From Deltaproteobacteria bacterium (lineage in GTDB: Bacteria; Myxococcota; Kuafuiibacteriia; Kuafuiibacteriales; Kuafuiibacteriaceae), in assembly GCA_040218735.1 (NCBI GenBank), contig JAVJQW010000040.1, positions 16,837 through 80,836 on the forward strand: DNA of 64,000 bases. Direction: 5' to 3'. Both the position numbers and the translations under genes were made by a program. The notes under the pieces are model-generated. The model was not told where the DNA came from. It did no database searches and worked only from the letters and a program-made list of their open reading frames with translations. How positions within the stretch are numbered: position 1 is the stretch's first letter; each line of letters begins with the position of its first letter. Below are positions 58,233 to 64,000 of this stretch, one piece after another.

Positions 58233-60095
58233 ATGCAAGCCGACGGTTCGACGGCACCACGGTCGCTTCAGCAGGCCGGTCAGATGCTCGCGCAGCGCGC
58301 GGCAGCGGGGGACCGCGCCTCGTCGACGGAGCTGGCGACGATCGCGAAGCAGCTCGACGTCTCCGTGGAGGACGTCCAGGCGGCGCTCGCCCACGCGATC
58401 GCGGCGGGTGTGGAGCACGTCGAGGACGTCGGAGGGCGGACGGCCGATCACCGCGCGCAGGTCGGCGACGGGAGCTACCGGGGCCAGCGCACGGCGGACG
58501 CCGACCACACCAGCGCGCTGCAGGGCCACAACCTCAACGTGGACGCGACGGCCGCCGCGGACGTGCTCGATCAGCTTGACGCGGCGGCGCGCGCGAAGGC
58601 GGCGAGCGCCGTCGACGCACGCGCGGAGCTGCGGTCCGCGCCGACGCTTCGTGACCTCGAGGCGATGCGCATCGGCGCGAAGTCGCCCGCCGAGGTCGCG
58701 AGTGCTCTGAGAACGGCGCTCGCCTCGTCGAACCCCGCCGTCGTGAAGAAGGCCGCGAACACACTGCGGACGGCGGAGGCGTACGGCCGCAAGGCGCGCG
58801 AGGACGCAGCCAACTACAAGGGGACCGGCTTCTGGGGGATGAGCTTCCCGAAGCTCCAGGTCCGCTTGAACGCGGACGAGACGAAGAAGGTGCTACGCAA
58901 CGTCGTCGCGACGGGTGACGCGCAGACGGTGGGCTCGATGATGCTCGCCGCGCGCGAAGGGCTGCTCGTCACCGAGCCCGCCGACGCGTTCGACGACCAC
59001 GCGGCGATGAAGAAGCTCTGGCCTTCGGATGCGTCGGCGATCGTACCCGGGAGCCACGGTCGCGAGGCGCCGCAACGCGCGACCTTCCAGGCGGAGTACG
59101 AGCTCGACACGGCGCCGGGGACCGACAACATCCGCGAGGTCATCGTCGACACGGCGAAGGCGTCGGGCTGTCCGTTCGCGCGCGGGAACCACGCGAAGGG
59201 GGTGTCGTTCGGTGACGGCGTGTTCGAGGTCGACAAGGGGGCGCCGGATTGGATCAAGGATCTGGTCGGCACCGACCCGCTGCAGGGCGCGATGATGCGC
59301 ATCAGCACCAGCCACTCGAGCCTGGAGGACCACGACAAGGAACCGGCGCAGACCGGGGTGCGGTTGGTGTTCCCAGTGATCGGCGAGCCGCACGCCGACA
59401 ACAGCTCGACCTGGGACGTCACGGCGAACACGGGCTCCACCACGCACCGGCCGAACGCACGCGAGCACACCGAGTTCACGCGTTCGTTGTCGACGCCGCG
59501 GGACGGAATCGCGGGGAACAAGGTGGTCCGCGTCGCTTCCTATCTGGCGCGCGGGGTCGCGCGGTTCAACGTCCTCGATCGGGTGAAGGGCATCATCTCG
59601 GCGCTGGAGCCGACGAAGGAGGCGATGAACACGCCGCTTCACCAGCAGAAGCTCTTCGCGCGGCACACGCTCTTCATCGGCGGCCGCTACGTGCAGGTCC
59701 GCTACGACGTCGTCGAGCCGACGGACTTCCAGGTCCCGGATCCGTCGCGCAAGAACGGGCAGCTCGAGACCAAGGAGGCCAGCATTCAGCGGCACGGCGT
59801 GAAGCTCCGCATCTACATGAAGGAGCTGCCGCCTGGCGCCGACCCCGAGCTCGTGGAGAAGGAGGGCTGGACCAACGCCGACCTCGACGACGGGCAGCGC
59901 TTCCAAGAGTACGTCTTCGGCGACGTGCGCTTCGACGCGCAGTCGAGCGACCCGGACTCGGCCGCCTCGAAGTTCTTCGACGCGTGGGCTCACATCCCCG
60001 GCCGCGAAACGCAGCTCGCGCGCGGCGCGGGCGTGATCGGCCGGCAGCGCTCGCCGACGTATCACGCGAGCGAGCAGGCCCGGAACGCACTTTAG
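58233..60095 (+). CDS. Catalase-like heme domain protein with long Ala-rich N-terminal extension
   Basis: RGNHAKG (distal His), MRIS, DVTAN, RSPTYHASEQAR (proximal Tyr). Confidence 0.7.
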   Translation: MQADGSTAPRSLQQAGQMLAQRAAAGDRASSTELATIAKQLDVSVEDVQAALAHAIAAGVEHVEDVGGRTADHRAQVGDGSYRGQRTADADHTSALQGHNLNVDATAAADVLDQLDAAARAKAASAVDARAELRSAPTLRDLEAMRIGAKSPAEVASALRTALASSNPAVVKKAANTLRTAEAYGRKAREDAANYKGTGFWGMSFPKLQVRLNADETKKVLRNVVATGDAQTVGSMMLAAREGLLVTEPADAFDDHAAMKKLWPSDASAIVPGSHGREAPQRATFQAEYELDTAPGTDNIREVIVDTAKASGCPFARGNHAKGVSFGDGVFEVDKGAPDWIKDLVGTDPLQGAMMRISTSHSSLEDHDKEPAQTGVRLVFPVIGEPHADNSSTWDVTANTGSTTHRPNAREHTEFTRSLSTPRDGIAGNKVVRVASYLARGVARFNVLDRVKGIISALEPTKEAMNTPLHQQKLFARHTLFIGGRYVQVRYDVVEPTDFQVPDPSRKNGQLETKEASIQRHGVKLRIYMKELPPGADPELVEKEGWTNADLDDGQRFQEYVFGDVRFDAQSSDPDSAASKFFDAWAHIPGRETQLARGAGVIGRQRSPTYHASEQARNAL

Positions 60096-60106
60096 GGCAC
60101 GGGCCC

Positions 60107-62137
60107 TTAGCTTGCGCGGCGGCACCACGCTGCGAGGTGCGCGAACGCCGCTTCGTTCCGCATCCACGTCGCGCGGCGCTGCTCCGCTTGTTCAGCGCCG
60201 CCTCTGAGGTGCGTCGAGACGTCGAGCTTCGCGCGGTCGGCGTACTGCTTCGCCGAGCCTTCGTGGGCGAGGCGTTCCAGCTCGGGCAGGACCTTCCGCA
60301 ACGCTTCGAGTCCGGGCGCGAGGTCGCTCGAGGCTTCGGTCTCTTCGAGGAGCTTCACGAGGCGGTCGGCGCTCCCGGGGAGCCGCTCGGCGGCGTGTTG
60401 GATCGCTTCGAACCGCGCACGGTCTCGGCCCGGCGACTGACGCTTCGTGGGGCGGGCGAGGGCGCCCGCGATCGCGGCGTCGATGCGTGTGAAGTCGGCG
60501 GCGATTTCCACGTGTGCGGCGTTGGCGCATGCATCGGTGCGGGCCGCGTAGGTCGGCGCCCAGGCTTCGAGCTGCGCGAAGGCGTCGCGGTCTCCCGCGC
60601 GCACGATGAAGTCGACCAGGCGCTCGACCTCTTCGGCGCTGGGGTGGTCGTTCAGCCAGGCGTCGATTCCGGACGCTGCGGCGCGCGCGACGCGGATCTC
60701 CTCGTCACGTCGCGACTGGCGCAGCGACAACGAAGCGAGGACCGCGTCGGGTTCTGCGGCGCGGTGGGCGTTGCGCGCGACGGCGGCGAGGGTCGTCTCG
60801 TCGCAGTCGTTCTCCAGGTGCCGCAGCGCCATCGCATAACTCGCGGCGCCGTCGAGGTCGTGGCGCGGCGCGGGCGCGGCGAGCACGTCGAGGAGGGCGT
60901 GGGTGTCGAGCGCGACGCGCAGGTTCGTGACCTTCGGGCACGGTGCGCCGTTGGCGTCGTCGAGCGCGACGTCGAACGCGAGCTCGCCGAGGCGGAGGGA
61001 CTGGGGCTCGGCGTCGAGCGCGCGAGACAGTGTGCGCTCGAGCCCGCGGGCGAAGCTCCCGTCACCCGCGCGGTCGAGCTGGTAGAGGAAGCGCTGGATG
61101 ACCTCGGCCGGGGTGTCGGAGTCGCTGTTCAGGAACACGACGCCGGCGAGGTCGGCGGACTGGTCCGTCGCGCTGTCGCCGATCGTCACCATGTGGTGCG
61201 GCGCGTCCTTGGCGTCGAGCCCGTAGGCGGCGGCGACGCCGGCGTACTGCTTCTTGCCGCGGGTCGGGCGCACTTCGTCGGCGCCGAAGTAGGCGTTGAA
61301 GTGGAGGTTCGCGCGAACCATCGTCTCTTCGACCGCGCGCGGGTCGACGCTGGTCGTGATGACGCTCAGCGCGCCCATCTGGTTGAGGTTGTCCGTCACG
61401 AAGCCGATGTCGGGTCTGAAACCGGCGTTGCGCTCGCGCTCGACGGTCCCGTTGAAGTCCCAGCACACGAGCTTTCCGTGATCGAAGCGCTGCGCCTGCG
61501 GGACGTTCGGCGTCGCCTGCGGGTTGAGCGCGCCGCCCGGGCCGAGCAGGTACGCGAACAGCGCTTTGACGCCGGGTTTCGGGTCAAAGCGAATGCCGAG
61601 CGCGCCGCGCCCGACGAGGAGCGCCTCGAAGCCTTCGATCAGGCGCTCCATCGCGGCGCCGCGTTCCTTGCCGTCGCTCGTGACGCGCGGGCGTTCGGGA
61701 TCCGCGAGGTCGACCTCCACCCATCGTCCGTCGGGGGCGTCGATGCGAACGCTGCGCTCTGTCGCGACGAGATCGAACCCCGCGCGTGAGGTGGTGACCG
61801 GTCTGCGTGGGGCCGTCGTGGTGCTCGCGCCCGAGACGTGCGCGAGGAAGTCGCGGTGACGCCGGAGGAGCTCGGCCCGACGCTCGGGTGCGCTGCGGAG
61901 GATCTCGGCGGCGGAGAGCGTCGTCGTGGGGCGGGCTTCGCGCCCGATGCGGAGCGCGCTGCCGTCCAGGTCGAGGCGCGCATAGGTCGGCGTCACCGGG
62001 AGCTGGATCGGTGTCACCGGCGCGGTGCCAGCCGCATGCGGCGCGGCCGCCTCTGGCGCTGTCGGGCGCTTCGGGACGTCCGAATCGAACTGGCGCCGAA
62101 CCCAGTCGACGGACAGACCCGCGTTGACGGAGGTCAT
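60107..62137 (-). CDS. HAD-like hydrolase domain protein with P/A-rich N-terminus and helical C-terminus
   Basis: WDFNGT, ITTS, K, IGDSATD motifs; start trimmed to ATG 62137. Confidence 0.72.
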   Translation of the reverse strand: MTSVNAGLSVDWVRRQFDSDVPKRPTAPEAAAPHAAGTAPVTPIQLPVTPTYARLDLDGSALRIGREARPTTTLSAAEILRSAPERRAELLRRHRDFLAHVSGASTTTAPRRPVTTSRAGFDLVATERSVRIDAPDGRWVEVDLADPERPRVTSDGKERGAAMERLIEGFEALLVGRGALGIRFDPKPGVKALFAYLLGPGGALNPQATPNVPQAQRFDHGKLVCWDFNGTVERERNAGFRPDIGFVTDNLNQMGALSVITTSVDPRAVEETMVRANLHFNAYFGADEVRPTRGKKQYAGVAAAYGLDAKDAPHHMVTIGDSATDQSADLAGVVFLNSDSDTPAEVIQRFLYQLDRAGDGSFARGLERTLSRALDAEPQSLRLGELAFDVALDDANGAPCPKVTNLRVALDTHALLDVLAAPAPRHDLDGAASYAMALRHLENDCDETTLAAVARNAHRAAEPDAVLASLSLRQSRRDEEIRVARAAASGIDAWLNDHPSAEEVERLVDFIVRAGDRDAFAQLEAWAPTYAARTDACANAAHVEIAADFTRIDAAIAGALARPTKRQSPGRDRARFEAIQHAAERLPGSADRLVKLLEETEASSDLAPGLEALRKVLPELERLAHEGSAKQYADRAKLDVSTHLRGGAEQAEQRRATWMRNEAAFAHLAAWCRRAS

Positions 62138-62209
62138 GAGCGTCGGGGTTATCGGCGGATGGGTTCGATTCGGTGCGTCGGATGACCCAACTGCTAGGAT
62201 CGCCGCCCT

Positions 62210-63115
62210 GTGACCCGCCTTTGTGTCCTGCTCGCCTCCTCGCTCCTCCTCGGCGCGTGCCACACACCGCCCGCGGCGGCCAAACCTCCCCCCAAGAAGG
62301 AGGCGGCCGAGAAGGACCCGATGGCGATCACCGTGACGAAGGTCGCCGGGGCGGTGCACCTGCTCGCGGGGCGCGGCGGGAACATCGCGGCGGTCGTGGG
62401 CCCGGACGGCGCGCTGATCGTCGACGACCAGGTCCCCGGCGCGGCGTCGCGGATCCAGAGTGCGCTCGCGACGATCTCGGACTTCCCGCTGCGGTGGGTC
62501 GTGAACACGCATTGGCATTGGGACCACACCGGGAGCAACGCGGACTTCGGGCGCGCGACGACGATCTTCGCGCACAAGAACGTGCGGGTGCGGATGTCGA
62601 CGCCGCAGCCGCTGCGCGGGGAGACGACGAAGCCGTCGCCCGAGCACGCGCTCCCGGTCGTGACCTACGAGGACGGGCTCACGATCCACGTCGGCGACGA
62701 ACCGCTGCGCGTCGAGACGGTGCCGCCGGGGCACACCGACGGCGACAGCTACGCCTTCTTCACGAAGTCGAAGGTCGTGCACCTGGGTGATGAGTTCTTC
62801 ACCGCGCGCTTCCCGTTCGTGGATCTCGAGAGCGGCGGCGACGTCGTGCAGCTCGAGAAGAACATCAGCGCGGTGATCGGAAAGCTCGGACCCGAGTGGA
62901 AGATCATCCCTGGCCATGGGCCGCTCTCGACGTTCGACGATCTGAAGGCCTACCGCGACATGCTGCGCGAGACGATCGCGTCCGTTCGCGAGCAAAAGGC
63001 CGCGGGGAAGAAGGTCGAGCAGGTCGAGCTCGACGCGAAGTGGGCGTCGTGGGGGACGGGCTACATCAAGACCGATCGGTGGATCGCGACGATTTACGAG
63101 AGCCTGGGGAGCTAG
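62210..63115 (+). CDS. MBL-fold metallo-hydrolase lipoprotein (cyclase-like subfamily)
   Basis: Lipobox LLLGAC; NTHWHWDHTG, GHTDGD, HLGD, IPGHG. Confidence 0.92.
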   Translation: MTRLCVLLASSLLLGACHTPPAAAKPPPKKEAAEKDPMAITVTKVAGAVHLLAGRGGNIAAVVGPDGALIVDDQVPGAASRIQSALATISDFPLRWVVNTHWHWDHTGSNADFGRATTIFAHKNVRVRMSTPQPLRGETTKPSPEHALPVVTYEDGLTIHVGDEPLRVETVPPGHTDGDSYAFFTKSKVVHLGDEFFTARFPFVDLESGGDVVQLEKNISAVIGKLGPEWKIIPGHGPLSTFDDLKAYRDMLRETIASVREQKAAGKKVEQVELDAKWASWGTGYIKTDRWIATIYESLGS

Positions 63116-63898
63116 GAGGCCGTAGCAAAATCGGATTGGGGCTCGTTGGAGGTGACGCGCGACTGAATCTTCCGCGCGAGCCGCGTCAGGCGGCTACGGC
63201 GAGTGCTCCGCGGTAGGTCGAGCGGATCGACGCCCTCGCCGTACTTCGCGTCCTCCTGGGTATCGGTCTGCTCGGCCAACTCCATGAGGTCGCTGATCTC
63301 GTTGAGGAGGCGATCTTCGTCCTTCTCCAATCGCTCGTAGCTCATCGCTTTGTGTTTGCTCGCGTTGGCTTGGATCTTCGAGCCGTCGATCGCGACGTGA
63401 CCGAGCTTCACGATGCCGGCCTTCTCACAGAGTCGCAGTACTTGGAGGACAAGCCTTCGAGTTGGCGCAGATGCTCGCGACGAAAAGCAGCGACGCGCGT
63501 GAGGTGCGGATGGCGCTCGCCAGCGATCACGCGGAACGGAACGTCCTCGTAGGTCGCGCGGGCAATGCGCCGCGAGGAGAAGACGCCGGTGCAGTAGCCG
63601 TAGAGGAGCAGCGCGACCATGAGGTCGGGTGCATAGGACCGCGCGCCGCGGGCGCCTTTACTCTGCGTTGCGGCGTGGAACGACCTGACGTCGAGCTCCC
63701 GCGACGAGGTCCAAGATGAAGTACACGAGGTGGCCGTCGGGCAACCAGTCCGATGGCGATGGCGGAAGGAGATGCGACTTCATCGCGACCACGGTTTGTA
63801 GGACTTCACATCAGCACGAGATCACGACGATGCTGCCGTTGGGATCGGGCAACTCGTCGAGCGGAGCGCAGACATCGGGCGCGGCGATTCCGACAGCC
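63116..63898 (-). mobile_element. Degenerate IS1182-family insertion sequence remnant
   Basis: Transposase fragments LLPPSPSDWLPDGHL / LLLYGYCTGVFSSRRIA / VAIDGSKIQANASKHKAMSY in different frames; imperfect terminal repeats GGCCGTAGCAA and GGCTGTCGGAA. Confidence 0.88.
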
Positions 63899-64000
63899 GG
63901 ACCGCCACGCCGATGCACCCAGGTACTGCCGAGCGTCGCAACGCGATCCCCGCGCCGGACGGTCGCCCGGCAAGCCGAACCGAGGTCGCCGCGCCCGATG

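Overview
High-GC, gene-dense window from what looks like a Myxococcota/Deltaproteobacteria-type genome (three Hanks-type Ser/Thr kinases, many lipoproteins, a MYXO-CTERM-like giant surface protein). It holds about 45 CDS; the only clear core housekeeping gene is proS. I saw no rRNA, tRNA or CRISPR. The main hidden feature is a selenoprotein the ORF track truncates. The ORF at 37088 (-) reads through an in-frame TGA as D-U-G-S-C, has a SECIS-like hairpin right after the TGA, and ends at 36555. It lies in a tight four-gene operon with its usual partner protein, a LarA/DUF362-like enzyme and a KAS III-like enzyme with a non-canonical catalytic triad. Other points of interest: (1) a kinase / degenerate cyclase / OmpA-FecR-beta-barrel operon behind a sigma54-like promoter; (2) a stand-alone FlhA/SctV cytoplasmic domain; (3) several signal-peptide-less proteins with a low-complexity N-terminus plus an enzyme domain; (4) recurrent near-leaderless sigma70-like and sigma54-like promoters; (5) an APC-USP-PTS EIIA fusion; (6) three deletion-decayed remnants (cupin/AraC, PiT, IS1182). 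All family calls come from recognising motifs by eye; no searches were run.
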